Below, piece after piece: positions 22,027-33,489 of a stretch of DNA of 64,000 nucleotides. The position numbers were made by a program, and so were the translations under genes. The DNA comes from Candidatus Cloacimonadales bacterium (GTDB lineage: Bacteria; Cloacimonadota; Cloacimonadia; Cloacimonadales; JAFGVF01). Where the stretch lies: positions 2,912,001-2,976,000 of the forward strand of contig OY782781.1 of the NCBI GenBank assembly GCA_963678315.1, written 5' to 3'. The notes under the pieces were generated by a model. It saw only the letters and a list, made by a program, of their open reading frames with translations, ran no database searches and was not told where the DNA came from. Every line of letters begins with the position of its first letter. Within the stretch, counting starts at the first letter, position 1.

Positions 22027-22227
22027 GAGACCTTTTTTCCAAACATCTCTACATCCTTACTTGCCTCATTGAAAAAAAGCCGATTTTTCAAGGAGACCCT
22101 TAAGGAAGGAGTTATGAGTGCGGAGTGAGGAGTTATGAATTAGGACAGGAGTCTCGGAGGGACGACATGGACATACTGGGATCGCTAGCCTCTGTGCTGG
22201 CTTCACTTAGAACATAGTGATAAGTGA
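22027..22227. repeat. dispersed REP-mosaic repeat, inverted copy at 47029-47191
   Basis: Shared TCTCTACATCCTTACTTGCC, TTGAAAAA..TTTTTCAAGGAGACC and GGATCGCTAGCCTCTGTGCTGGCTTCACTTAGAAC blocks. Confidence 0.85.
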
Positions 22228-22228
22228 G

Positions 22229-23089
22229 CCCATCAAGCTGATGGCCTTCCGACTTTGCAGGATAGCCGGCTATTCAAATACATAGAACACAGATAACACA
22301 GATTATACAGATAAAAAATGTTTAGATGTTTAGTTGTTAAGAGGTTTAATTGTTTAGGGTCTGGATTTGTGTAGCTTAGTGTTTTTTCGTGTCATTGTGT
22401 TAAATATGTTTTTAGTCCTGAAAGGACGACATTTATTAGCATGGGTCTTGCACCCCATGTAACATGATATAAAAGGTTTTAGTCCCAGAGGGACGACATA
22501 ATGAAAAATTAAAAGTGAATAATGAAAAATTATTGATGGACTGTAAGCATCCACCAATAGGTTGAAAATAGTTCATGCTTACACTAAGAGATGTTTTAAA
22601 ACATCTCCATAAATTCACATATCACTATGTACTAAGTGAAGCCATCAAGCTGATGGCGTTCCGACTTTGCAGGATAGTCGGCTATTCAAATACATAGAAC
22701 ACAGATAACACAGATTATACAGATAAAAAATGTTTAGATGTTTAGTTGTTAAGAGGTTTAATTGTTTAGGGTCTGGATTTGTGTAGCTTAGTGTTTTTTC
22801 GTGTCATTGTGTTAAATATGTTTTTAGTCCTGAAAGGACGACATTTATTAGCATGGGGTCTTGCACCCCATGTAACATGATATAAAAGGTTTTAGTCCCA
22901 GAGGGACGACATAATGAAAAATTAAAAGTGAATAATGAAAAATTATTGATGGACTGTAAGCATCCATCAACAGGTTGAACATAGTTCATGCTTACACTAA
23001 GAGATGTTTTAAAACATCTCCATAAATTCACATATCACTATGTACTAAGTGAAGCCATCAAGCTGATGGCGTTCCGACTTTGCAGGATA
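22229..23089. repeat. tandem duplication of a ~412-bp non-coding mosaic unit (2 copies plus a partial third)
   Basis: CCATCAAGCTGATGGC recurs at 22230, 22642 and 23055 with near-identical sequence in between. Confidence 0.95.
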
Positions 23090-23157
23090 CTCTCAAAGGA
23101 GTAAACAAAAAAGCCCATGAGTTCTATCGTGGTTTAAGTCATGTCAAAATAAACAGG

Positions 23158-23811
23158 TTAAAAGAGTCCAGGAATTGTAGCTTGTGAACAAGGTGAGAAT
23201 GATAGTCTATGGTGTTTTGTTATGCCATGCTTATCAATAGCTTGCATGTGTTCTTTAGTAGGATAGCCTTTATTCTTCTTCCAATTATAGACCGGATGTT
23301 TTTCATGGAGTTCAAGCATTATATTATCTCTAGTAACTTTTGCCAGCACTGAAGCAGCCGCGATTGAGAGATATTTGCTATCACCTTTAATGATAAATCT
23401 AGATTTACTAGCATTTCTAGGAGGAAGTTTATTGCCATCTATGAGACACAAGTCTGGATTAACTGACAAGGATTCGATAGCTCTATCCATTCCTTCCAGC
23501 GATGCCCATAAGATGTTAAGAGTGTCAATAGTTTCAGGGTCAATTAAGATTATTGAATAAGATTGAGCATATTTTTTAATCAAAGGAAAAAGCTTATTTC
23601 TTTTACTTTCGGAGAGTTTCTTAGAATCATTTAATGTTTCTACTAAGTATTTAATCTCTTCATTGTCGTTATTTTCAAGTATATCTAAATTAAATGATAC
23701 TGCAGCGCAGACAACAGGTCCGGCCAAAGGACCACGACCTGCTTCATCTGCTCCACAAACTATTTTATAATCTTTTAGTATCTTTAATTCATTATTTAGA
23801 AGTTCAGACAT
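23158..23811 (-). CDS. rnhB: ribonuclease HII
   Basis: GADEAGRGPLAGPVV, LNDSKKL, IAAASVLAKVTRD, NKGYPT. Confidence 0.95.
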   Translation of the reverse strand: MSELLNNELKILKDYKIVCGADEAGRGPLAGPVVCAAVSFNLDILENNDNEEIKYLVETLNDSKKLSESKRNKLFPLIKKYAQSYSIILIDPETIDTLNILWASLEGMDRAIESLSVNPDLCLIDGNKLPPRNASKSRFIIKGDSKYLSIAAASVLAKVTRDNIMLELHEKHPVYNWKKNKGYPTKEHMQAIDKHGITKHHRLSFSPCSQATIPGLF

Positions 23812-23813
23812 AA

Positions 23814-25517
23814 CTATTTAGCAATGAAATATATTCTAGAGAATCTTTCATCAAGATCTTCAGGGTAGTAGTTAATTAGATTCATGTTATCATTGTTGTT
23901 ATAGACAGCGATAAGCTCAAATCCTGCTTTATCTAGCAAGTCTCTGATTCTACGAACTGGATAAATTCTTTGATAATGTGTCTCTTGTATGTTCTTACAG
24001 AAAAATCTTTCTTTCTTATAAATATCTAAGAAAGACTTTTGCAGACTCTCATCTGGGTCCCAATCACTAGTATGCAGAACTTTGTAATCAGCATACTCTT
24101 CATAATTGATAAAGCCATCAAGGATTTCTTCACAATTATAGATTGTAGAAATATCGAATATAAAAAGCCCAGTTTTTGACATAGCTTTCTTAACATTCTT
24201 AAAACAAGTTAAAACATGGTCCTCACTTAGCAGATAATTTATACTGTCAAAGACGCATAAAGTTAGATCAATGTCTGCTACAGGTAATTCTTCTAACATA
24301 TTATGTCTAAATAGATTAAGTTCAGCTTCTTTCTTTTCTGCAATATGAAGCATTCCTTCTGATATATCACCAGCAAAAACCTCATTTTCAGGATTCACCA
24401 TTCTTTTAGCAATCTCACCAGTACCACAGGCAAGCTCATAAATTCTTTTTACTTTATGAGAAGAATATTGTGAAACCCAATTCTTAATCTTAGAAGTCCA
24501 CTTATCATAGCTAACATGAGCCATATAGTTATCATAGAAGTTACCAAACTCATTATAGGTCTTCTCTTGGATAACATCATCAACCAAGCGACTTTCCACC
24601 CAATGAATAGCAGACTTCATAGATGTGAAGTCAGCACTGTTATCTTTAGCGATATCAAAAGCTGTACCATGGTCTGCTGAAGCTCTATAGATTGGTAGTC
24701 CAAGAGTCACATTTACTCCTGCCCCATCAGCAAGCATTTTGAAGGGAATTAACCCCTGATCATGATAGGGGGATATTACAAAATCATAGTTATCTTTTGC
24801 ATAAGAGAAAAAAGTATCTGCCGGGAAAGGTCCTTCAAGGTCATGGCCATTAGCTTTAATTTTTCCCACTAGAGATTTGAACATCTCATCAGTTAGACCA
24901 AAGGCACCATCTTCACCTGCGTGAGGATTCTTACCTAGAAGAGCAAACTTAGGATTCTTTATAATCTTAGATACTTCTAGGCAGATAAGAGAAATCTTGT
25001 CATAGGCATACTTTTCATCTATTATCTCAGCCAATTGATGAAGTGGATAATGGGTCGTTAGAAGTCCAACTTTGATATCATTAGACCAGAAGGTCATCGC
25101 CACATCACTAGCATTTAAGATCTTTTCTAAGAACTCAGTATGACCTATAAAGTCTTTGTGACTTTCACGAATATACTTCTTTGAAAGTGGTGCTGTTACA
25201 ATAGCATCAAGCTTTCCATTCTTTGCATCATTGCTGCATCTTTCTAAAATACTATAAGCAAGCTTACCGCTCAATGTTGAGGGGCAACCGAGCTGAATTT
25301 CCTTATCATTAATGTCGATATGATATATTTTGCCTGATTCTACAGCTTGGTCAATATCTTCAATCTTAATTGCTTTATGACCATTTTGATTTTCGATATA
25401 TTTGCCATATACAACATAAGCTACATTATCTTGTAGCTTATGGTATTTTAAACTTTTAGCTGTAATTTCAGGACCAATACCAGCAGGATCGCCGGTAGTA
25501 ATCCCAATTCTTTTCAC
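23814..25517 (-). CDS. pdxA: PdxA-family dehydrogenase fused to a class I SAM methyltransferase
   Basis: GDPAGIGPE, GHTEFL, NPHAGE, YHDQGLIP, DHGTAFDIA, then YELACGTG and FDSINYL methyltransferase motifs in the same frame. Confidence 0.85.
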   Translation of the reverse strand: MKRIGITTGDPAGIGPEITAKSLKYHKLQDNVAYVVYGKYIENQNGHKAIKIEDIDQAVESGKIYHIDINDKEIQLGCPSTLSGKLAYSILERCSNDAKNGKLDAIVTAPLSKKYIRESHKDFIGHTEFLEKILNASDVAMTFWSNDIKVGLLTTHYPLHQLAEIIDEKYAYDKISLICLEVSKIIKNPKFALLGKNPHAGEDGAFGLTDEMFKSLVGKIKANGHDLEGPFPADTFFSYAKDNYDFVISPYHDQGLIPFKMLADGAGVNVTLGLPIYRASADHGTAFDIAKDNSADFTSMKSAIHWVESRLVDDVIQEKTYNEFGNFYDNYMAHVSYDKWTSKIKNWVSQYSSHKVKRIYELACGTGEIAKRMVNPENEVFAGDISEGMLHIAEKKEAELNLFRHNMLEELPVADIDLTLCVFDSINYLLSEDHVLTCFKNVKKAMSKTGLFIFDISTIYNCEEILDGFINYEEYADYKVLHTSDWDPDESLQKSFLDIYKKERFFCKNIQETHYQRIYPVRRIRDLLDKAGFELIAVYNNNDNMNLINYYPEDLDERFSRIYFIAK

Positions 25518-26305
25518 TATTTATCACTCCTACCTGGTTTAGTAAGAGGAATTCCATCTTTGCATAGTGGACATTCTTCTGCTTCCCAAGAAACAGCATC
25601 AACAGTAAGTAATGCTTCGACAGGAGTTCCAAAATCGATAGTACCATTAGATCTATCAACTAATAGACCTATAGCTACACATTCCATGCCTTTATCTTCA
25701 AGAAGTTTTTTCACTTCAAAAATAGAACCACCTGTAGTTGTCACATCTTCAATAATAAGTGCTTTCATACCAGGCTTTACATCAAAACCAGAACGGAATG
25801 ACATTTCTCCATCCTTTCTTTGTGAGAAGGCAAATGGTTTGTTTAGCTGTTTAGCAACTTCATAACCAAGAACTATAGCCCCATAAGCAGGTCCAATTAC
25901 TATATCAGCATTGTAGTCAGCAAGTCTCTTTGCTAGCATATTACATAATATTGCAACTTTAGCTGGATTTTGGATTACTTTAATCTTTTCAAAATATTGG
26001 TTACTGTGTCTGCCAGAAGTTAAAAGGAAATGGCCATCTAATTTAGCGCCGATTTCAATAAAAATTCTTTCTGTAAGATAACTATCACTGATATCTTCGA
26101 GGAATTCTTTAGCATCTTCAAGTTCTTCTTTGATAACTTGCACTTCTAAGAACATAGTATCTCCACCAGCTACTCCTGGTAGGTTTGAAACCATGTATTC
26201 ATTCTTTAAATTTACAGTAAAATTGTTGTCTTCAAGTAGTTCTTTAACTAGTTCTGCTTCAAATATGTCTGTATAACTTCTAAGAGTAACGAAACTGTTT
26301 TCCAT
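25517..26305 (-). CDS. pyrE: orotate phosphoribosyltransferase with an N-terminal DUF2007-like extension
   Basis: GHFLLTSGRHS, IIEDVTTTGGS PRPP motif, CPLC..KPG tail; ~75-aa extra N-terminus. Confidence 0.88.
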   Translation of the reverse strand: MENSFVTLRSYTDIFEAELVKELLEDNNFTVNLKNEYMVSNLPGVAGGDTMFLEVQVIKEELEDAKEFLEDISDSYLTERIFIEIGAKLDGHFLLTSGRHSNQYFEKIKVIQNPAKVAILCNMLAKRLADYNADIVIGPAYGAIVLGYEVAKQLNKPFAFSQRKDGEMSFRSGFDVKPGMKALIIEDVTTTGGSIFEVKKLLEDKGMECVAIGLLVDRSNGTIDFGTPVEALLTVDAVSWEAEECPLCKDGIPLTKPGRSDK

Positions 26306-26456
26306 TGTTCCTCCAATGATGTTAGGAATTTATATAAAGTCATGTTTTCTTGTTTATGTTATTAACTAGTGAATATTTTTAGTTATTGAGTAGCTAATAA
26401 GAAGGGGCTAATTTCTCAGCCCCATACCTTCTATTTATAATCTAATTAACTTTGAC

Positions 26457-27653
26457 TTATCTGTCAAGCTTCTTATATTCTTCAAGTCCAGATTTAAAGA
26501 TAGCCATAGCCTTTCTGAGGTCTTCTTCTTTTAAAATATAAGCGAAACGAACTTCATTAAGTCCCATATTCTCAGTTGCATAGAAGCCTTGAGCTGGGGC
26601 AACCATAACTGTTTCATTATTAACAGAATATTCTTCTAACATCCACTGAACAAAATCTTCTGCATTAGCAATAGGTAACTTAGCAACAATATAGAAAGCA
26701 CCTTCTGGTTTAACACAAACTAATCCATCTATAGTTTGCAATTCTTCGAAGACAATATCTCTTCTCTTACAATATTCATCTTTGATATCATTGATATATT
26801 TATCATCCAAGTTAACACAAGCTTCACCTGCTTTTTGGTCAATAGTTGGAGGACATAATCTAGCTTGAGCAAGCTTAAGAACTGCTTTCATTAGGTCTTT
26901 ATTCTTGGAAACAAGGCAACCAATTCTAGCACCACAAGCACTATATCTTTTTGAAATAGAATCAACTAAGATTGCATGTTCTTCAAGGCCTTCGATTTCC
27001 ATTATTGAAGTAGCTTTGCCTCCATCATAAACAAACTCTCTATAAACTTCATCAGAGATAATATATAAATCATTTTCTTTAGCTAAATCAGCAACCATTT
27101 GCACAGTTTCTTTAGGATATACTTTACCAGTAGGATTACCAGGATTACAAATCATAATAGCCTTAGTTTTTGGACTGATTAATTTAGCTATTTCTTCTTT
27201 AGAAGGTAACTCAAATCCATTTTCAGCATAGGTTGTTATTGGTTTAAGAATAACACCTGCAGAAGTTGAAAAACCATTATAGTTAGTATAGAATGGTTCT
27301 GGAAGTAATATCTCATCACCAGGATTACATGTTGCCATCATAGCAAATACAAGTGCTTCAGAACCAGCAGTAGTAACAATAACTTCATCATCAGTAATTT
27401 TTATATCATGTTTGCCATAATATTTAACTAATGCTTTTCTATATGATGCCAAACCTTGTGAAGGTCCGTAAGCCAATACTTTATCACTAAAATTATGATA
27501 AACATCCATCATTTCTTTTGGAGTTTCAATATCAGGTTGACCGATATTTAAATGATAAACTTTAATACCTCTTGCCTTTGCACTATCAGAGAAAGGAAGA
27601 AACTTACGAATTGGAGAAGCTTGCATACTCTCCACACGTTGAGATAATTTCAT
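26457..27653 (-). CDS. PLP-dependent class I/II aminotransferase (aspartate aminotransferase-like)
   Basis: LNIGQPD, NPGNPTG, SDEVY, SISKRYSACGARIG. Confidence 0.9.
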   Translation of the reverse strand: MKLSQRVESMQASPIRKFLPFSDSAKARGIKVYHLNIGQPDIETPKEMMDVYHNFSDKVLAYGPSQGLASYRKALVKYYGKHDIKITDDEVIVTTAGSEALVFAMMATCNPGDEILLPEPFYTNYNGFSTSAGVILKPITTYAENGFELPSKEEIAKLISPKTKAIMICNPGNPTGKVYPKETVQMVADLAKENDLYIISDEVYREFVYDGGKATSIMEIEGLEEHAILVDSISKRYSACGARIGCLVSKNKDLMKAVLKLAQARLCPPTIDQKAGEACVNLDDKYINDIKDEYCKRRDIVFEELQTIDGLVCVKPEGAFYIVAKLPIANAEDFVQWMLEEYSVNNETVMVAPAQGFYATENMGLNEVRFAYILKEEDLRKAMAIFKSGLEEYKKLDR

Positions 27654-27959
27654 ACTACACCTCGAACTAATATATTTTTTTGAGGTAAATATTATTTTTC
27701 AAGCTTTTATGGCAAGGAAATATTTTACTATTTTCCTCGAACTCTTAAACTCTTATTATTTAACAACTTAATCAACACAATAGGTTAAGACAATTAGACT
27801 TTAGTAATATGTCATAATTCCTAGAGATAAAAATGCAACACATGATAAACAAAAATAACTTAATAGTGTTAATGTGAATAGCTAATGAAAATCTTTGACA
27901 GGAAATTAATAAGATTAATCATGTCACATAGGAAAAAAAATATAATAGGAGATTTTATT

Positions 27960-29204
27960 ATGTCAGGAAAATTAAATCTAACTAAATCTATGAAGATGTA
28001 TGAAGAAGCTTTAGAGCTTGTTCCAGGTGCTGTAGCAGGTATTAGAAGACCTTACAACTTTGTTCCCGGTGAATACCCAATATTCTTTGACCATGCTAAA
28101 GGTGGTAAAGTATGGGATGTTGATGGTAATGAATATCTTGATTTCTTATGTGCTTATGGTCCTATCATTATTGGACATCGTGAAGAAGTTATTGATGAAG
28201 CAGTGATTGAACAAATTAGAACAAAAGGCTTCTGTTTCTCATTAACACAAGAAGTTCAAAATAAGCTTATCAGAAAATTACAAGAACATATTCCTTCATG
28301 CGAGATGGCTGCTTTACTTAAAACTGGTTCAGATTCAACAACTGCTGCTATTAGAGTAGCTAGAGCTTATACCGATAGGAAGAAAATCATTAGATGTGGT
28401 TATCACGGATGGCATGATTGGTGCTGTGAAGTGAAAGGTGGAATTCTTGAAAAGAACTATGAAGATACTTTAGAATTTACTTATAATCATCTTGATGAAT
28501 TAGAAGATTTAATGAAAAAGCACGGTGATGATGTAGCTGGTATTATTGTAACTCCAGTAGGTCATCCTCTAGGTCATGAAGTTGAAATGCCAAAAGCAGG
28601 CTTCTTAGAAGGTGTAAGAGATATTGCAACAAAACATGGTTCTGTTTTAATCTTTGATGAAATCAGATCAGGTTTTAGATGCTCTTTAGGTGGCGCTCAA
28701 AAATACTTTGGAGTTACTCCTGATTTATCTACATTCGGTAAAGCTATGGCTAACGGTTATGCAATTGCTGCTCTAGTAGGTAAAAAAGAGTTTATGAAAG
28801 TGTTAGCAGATAAAGCATTCTTATCATCTACTTACTTCCCAAATAGTGATTCACAAGTTGCTTCTTTAGCTACAATTAAGTTCTTAGAAGAAAACAATGT
28901 GCTTGATGTAATTCATGATAAAGGCCTTAGATTCGGACAAACTGTTAGTAAGATTGTTGAAGAATCAGGCTTACCAATTAACTTCTCTGGTTCTCCTTGG
29001 ATGCCTTTCTTAACATTCAGACCTGATGCTGATAAGATTTATAAAAAAGCTAGAGTTCAATTCTATTCTGAGCTAATCAGAAGAGGTGTTTTCTTACAAC
29101 CTTACCACCATGGTTATATTGCATTTAGACACACTGAAGAAGAATTAACTCATGCTGCGAATATGATAAAAGAAGCTCTTAACGAGATTAAATCTATATA
29201 CTAA
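27960..29204 (+). CDS. kat: class III aminotransferase, probable 3-aminobutyryl-CoA aminotransferase
   Basis: DVDGNEYLD, FDEIRSGFR, TFGKAMANG; directly upstream of kce; GGAG RBS before ATG 27960. Confidence 0.8.
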   Translation: MSGKLNLTKSMKMYEEALELVPGAVAGIRRPYNFVPGEYPIFFDHAKGGKVWDVDGNEYLDFLCAYGPIIIGHREEVIDEAVIEQIRTKGFCFSLTQEVQNKLIRKLQEHIPSCEMAALLKTGSDSTTAAIRVARAYTDRKKIIRCGYHGWHDWCCEVKGGILEKNYEDTLEFTYNHLDELEDLMKKHGDDVAGIIVTPVGHPLGHEVEMPKAGFLEGVRDIATKHGSVLIFDEIRSGFRCSLGGAQKYFGVTPDLSTFGKAMANGYAIAALVGKKEFMKVLADKAFLSSTYFPNSDSQVASLATIKFLEENNVLDVIHDKGLRFGQTVSKIVEESGLPINFSGSPWMPFLTFRPDADKIYKKARVQFYSELIRRGVFLQPYHHGYIAFRHTEEELTHAANMIKEALNEIKSIY

Positions 29205-29223
29205 AAAATAATATAATATGTGA

Positions 29224-30063
<840 letters not shown>

Positions 30064-30199
30064 GAATTCTATCTTAAAGATATATTAGAGATTGTTCAAT
30101 GAGCAATCTCTTTTTTTGTGTATCAAATATAATATAATTCTTGCTTACTTTACACTGTTTTCTGAAAATGTCCAAACTAATCTAAACGAGAGGACTTTT

Positions 30200-31549
30200 G
30201 TGAATAAAAATAAATTGTTACAGAGTGAAAATATACCCCAGCTACTGCTTAAATTAACCATTCCTGCGACCATTGGAATGTTGGTTATGGCACTATATAA
30301 CATAGTAGATACTATTTTTATAGGTCGTTATATTGGACCTAAAGGAATAGCAGGCCTATCAATTGTTTTCCCAATTCAGTTAATTGTTATGGCATTTGGA
30401 CAACTTGTTGGTATGGGGGGAGCGTCAATAATATCTAGAGCATTTGGAGCTGAGGACTTTGAGAAAGCAAATCGTACTTTCGGCAATCAAGTAATTTCTA
30501 CTTTCTTCTTTTCAGCATTAGTTATTATCCCTGGGGTCATGTTCCCACAAGAGATATTAAAACTCTTTGGAGCAACCGATAGCATTTTACCATATTCACT
30601 AGATTACTATAGAATAGTTGTATTTAACGCATGGCTCTTCATGTTTGCTATGATGACCAACAACGTATTGAGGGCTGAAGGAAGAGCTAAGCTGGCAATG
30701 ACCAATATGATAATTTCGGCAGTTCTGAACATGATTTTAGATGCCGTTTTCATAGCTGGTTTAGGAATGGGTATTAAAGGAGCAGCCTTAGCAACAGTAA
30801 TAGCTCAAGGTATTGTTGTTCTTTATTTTATCTATCATTTCACTTTTGGACAAAGTTACTTCAAGATTAGATTAAAATATCTAATACCTAACTTCAAGCT
30901 ATTAAGAGAGATATATGCTATTGGATTATCAGCATTCTTTAGACAAGTCTCAGGTTCTTTGATCGTAGTGTTGATTAACAACAAACTTGCTTCTTTTGAT
31001 ACTCAAGGAATCTACATCGCTGTTTATGGAGTGATTAATAGACTTTGCTCGCTATTCTTCATGACAATGTTTGGTATTGCTCAAGGCTTACAACCTGTAC
31101 TTGGTTTTAACTATGGCGCTAAACGTCTTCATCTTGCTAAGAAATCAATCAGATTAGCCTTTACCTGGGCTACAGGAGTAGCATTAGTTAGTTTTGCACT
31201 CATAATGATTGTTCCTGAATCTTTGATTAGTATGTTTACTAAAGACCCTGAAGTTATTGCCAAAGGTACCTATGCAATGAGAAGAATCAACTTGTTATTC
31301 CCTCTCTTAGGTTTCCAGATTATTGGAGCAGTAATATTCCAATCTCTGGGTAAAGCTACTGAATCATTGATTTTAGCAATGTCTAGACAGGTAATATTCT
31401 TCTTACCAGCATTATATATACTATCTTATTATTTCCGCTTTGATGGAGTTTGGTATGCTTTTCCAGCAGCTGATATGATTTCAGTTCTTGTAACATTATT
31501 CTTTGTTAAAAAGGAATTGAATTCATGGAAGAAATTTCAAGTTAATTAA
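30200..31549 (+). CDS. MATE family efflux transporter
   Basis: LYNIVDTIFIG, LRAEG, GIKGAALATVIAQ, GFNYGAK; many TM segments; GTG start inferred. Confidence 0.9.
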   Translation: MNKNKLLQSENIPQLLLKLTIPATIGMLVMALYNIVDTIFIGRYIGPKGIAGLSIVFPIQLIVMAFGQLVGMGGASIISRAFGAEDFEKANRTFGNQVISTFFFSALVIIPGVMFPQEILKLFGATDSILPYSLDYYRIVVFNAWLFMFAMMTNNVLRAEGRAKLAMTNMIISAVLNMILDAVFIAGLGMGIKGAALATVIAQGIVVLYFIYHFTFGQSYFKIRLKYLIPNFKLLREIYAIGLSAFFRQVSGSLIVVLINNKLASFDTQGIYIAVYGVINRLCSLFFMTMFGIAQGLQPVLGFNYGAKRLHLAKKSIRLAFTWATGVALVSFALIMIVPESLISMFTKDPEVIAKGTYAMRRINLLFPLLGFQIIGAVIFQSLGKATESLILAMSRQVIFFLPALYILSYYFRFDGVWYAFPAADMISVLVTLFFVKKELNSWKKFQVN

Positions 31550-31711
31550 TGTGATTGAGTTAGACTTCTAACTGCCTTCTTACCCAAGCCCCTCCTGCAT
31601 AAAAAGCCGATTTAATGCTGGAGACCTTTAATCATTAAGTAAAAAAGAAGAGTAATAAATTACTCCTCCCATTTTGAAATTTGTTACTGGTTAAAATAAA
31701 ACTGTTGAATA

Positions 31712-32560
31712 TTAATTCATTATCTGAAGTTTATTATTTTCTTTAGCAGTCTTACTTAATTCAGCTACATAAGAGTGAACATACATTTGAGACTTACCAT
31801 CTATAAGGCAATCAAACATAAAGTCTTTTCTTTCATGTTGATTAAGATTAGTCCCTTGGCAACGTTCAGTAACAAGAATCAAGTGATGCCCAAATTCAGA
31901 TTTAATTGGTAAAGAAACTTCATTGAGGTTAATATCAAAAATAATATCATCTAGCTCTTTGATTAGGACATTCGGTATAACATAGCCCATATCGCCACAT
32001 TTAACATTACTAGGGCATTCTGAGTACTTATCAGCCATGTTTTCGAAATCTTCAAGAGTATTAATCGAATCTCTAATGTTAATAGCTTTTTTATAACCAT
32101 CAATAGATTTATCAGCAATGAGTATATTGTATACACGAGCTTGATGACAACAGGCAAAAATATCAGAGTGTTTATCTACAAAATCACCAATATCCTGTGA
32201 AACTTGTTCTTTAATAAAAGTATTGAATTTATCTAAGAATTTAGAAATTAAAATATTTTCTTTTAGTGCAATTTCATATCTAACTCTAGTTAACTTGTGA
32301 GAACCAATATAATCCTCGTATTCTTCAACAGTATCAAATCTAGTTGATATATCAAAAATCTTGTCATTCCATTCATCATCAGAAACAGTCAAATTGAATT
32401 TCTTAGCCTCATGTAGTAACAAACATCTATCTATAAGATATTCTAAGGCTTTATGTTCTACATCATTACAATTGCAATTAAAACTTGAAACAAGAGTTTT
32501 AGCATAATCTAATTCTTTATCGGTAATTTCAAAGTCATATACTCTCGCGATAACAGACAT
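31712..32560 (-). CDS. parvulin (PpiC/SurA-like) peptidyl-prolyl isomerase
   Basis: ADKYSECPS...GDMG, PIKSEFGHHLI; SurA-like N-terminal helices. Confidence 0.8.
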   Translation of the reverse strand: MSVIARVYDFEITDKELDYAKTLVSSFNCNCNDVEHKALEYLIDRCLLLHEAKKFNLTVSDDEWNDKIFDISTRFDTVEEYEDYIGSHKLTRVRYEIALKENILISKFLDKFNTFIKEQVSQDIGDFVDKHSDIFACCHQARVYNILIADKSIDGYKKAINIRDSINTLEDFENMADKYSECPSNVKCGDMGYVIPNVLIKELDDIIFDINLNEVSLPIKSEFGHHLILVTERCQGTNLNQHERKDFMFDCLIDGKSQMYVHSYVAELSKTAKENNKLQIMN

Positions 32561-32571
32561 TACTTCTCCAT

Positions 32572-33489
32572 CTAATTATTTTCATTTATAAACTTTTCAA
32601 TATAATAATCTATATCTTTATATTTAATCGATTTTCGGTAAAAAACAAGGTCTAATTTACATTTTCTATACCATGTTAGCTGTCTTTTGGCATAATTTCT
32701 AGAATGTTGTTTTGCTAAATTGATACATTCTGACAAGGGCCTTTTATGCAAAAGGTTTTCTAACAGTTCTTTGTAACCAACAGCCGTCATCCCGGGGTCA
32801 TTCTCTTTGTAGCCCATTTCAAGAAGTTTTCTAGTCTCATCTAAGAGCCCGTTCTTTACCATTATTTCATATCTTGTATTAATTCTATGATATATATCTT
32901 CTCTATCATCAACAACCACAATGTTAAGAACTTTCCTTGGTGTGAGAATTCCCTGTTCTTCCCAGAAGTCACTGAGTTTCTTACCTGTTCCAAAGAAGAC
33001 TTCTAGTCCTCTACATATTCTCTGCTTGTCATTATCAGAAATACGCTTCGCTACTATGGGGTCAATTTCGCTTAGCTTATCATACATCAAGATAGAACCA
33101 AGTTTATCATAATCTGACATAACTTTGTTCCTTACTTCAACAGCTATTTCAGGAATAATACAAAGCCCTTCTAAGAAAGAAGAAATATAGAATCCTGTAC
33201 CACCACATATAATAGGGAATTTAAGATCTGTATCATCAACCAGTCTACTTGCGTCTTGAGCAAAAGCTCCGGCGTTATACTTCTCATCAGGTCTTATTAT
33301 GTCTATAAGATGATGCTTAACTCTTGCTAACTCATCTGCTTCAGGCTTAGCAGTTCCTAAATCCATATATTTGTATATCTGCCTTGAATCTGCTGAAATT
33401 ATATCTAAATTAAATTTCTCTGCTAAAGAAAGAGCCAAGGAACTCTTGCCTACAGCAGTAGGACCTTGAATTATAATCACTGGTTTCAT
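32572..33489 (-). CDS. miaA: tRNA dimethylallyltransferase
   Basis: GPTAVGKS, SADSRQIY, GTAKP, GGTGFY, YAKRQLTW; follows mutL. Confidence 0.95.
   Translation of the reverse strand: MKPVIIIQGPTAVGKSSLALSLAEKFNLDIISADSRQIYKYMDLGTAKPEADELARVKHHLIDIIRPDEKYNAGAFAQDASRLVDDTDLKFPIICGGTGFYISSFLEGLCIIPEIAVEVRNKVMSDYDKLGSILMYDKLSEIDPIVAKRISDNDKQRICRGLEVFFGTGKKLSDFWEEQGILTPRKVLNIVVVDDREDIYHRINTRYEIMVKNGLLDETRKLLEMGYKENDPGMTAVGYKELLENLLHKRPLSECINLAKQHSRNYAKRQLTWYRKCKLDLVFYRKSIKYKDIDYYIEKFINENN

Noticed and set aside
21885..23031. Short ORFs in the repeat region
   Set aside because: They lie within duplicated palindromic non-coding sequence and show no protein motifs
27654..27959. Lysine riboswitch upstream of kat
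   Set aside because: AT-rich with no recognisable L-box motifs or long stems
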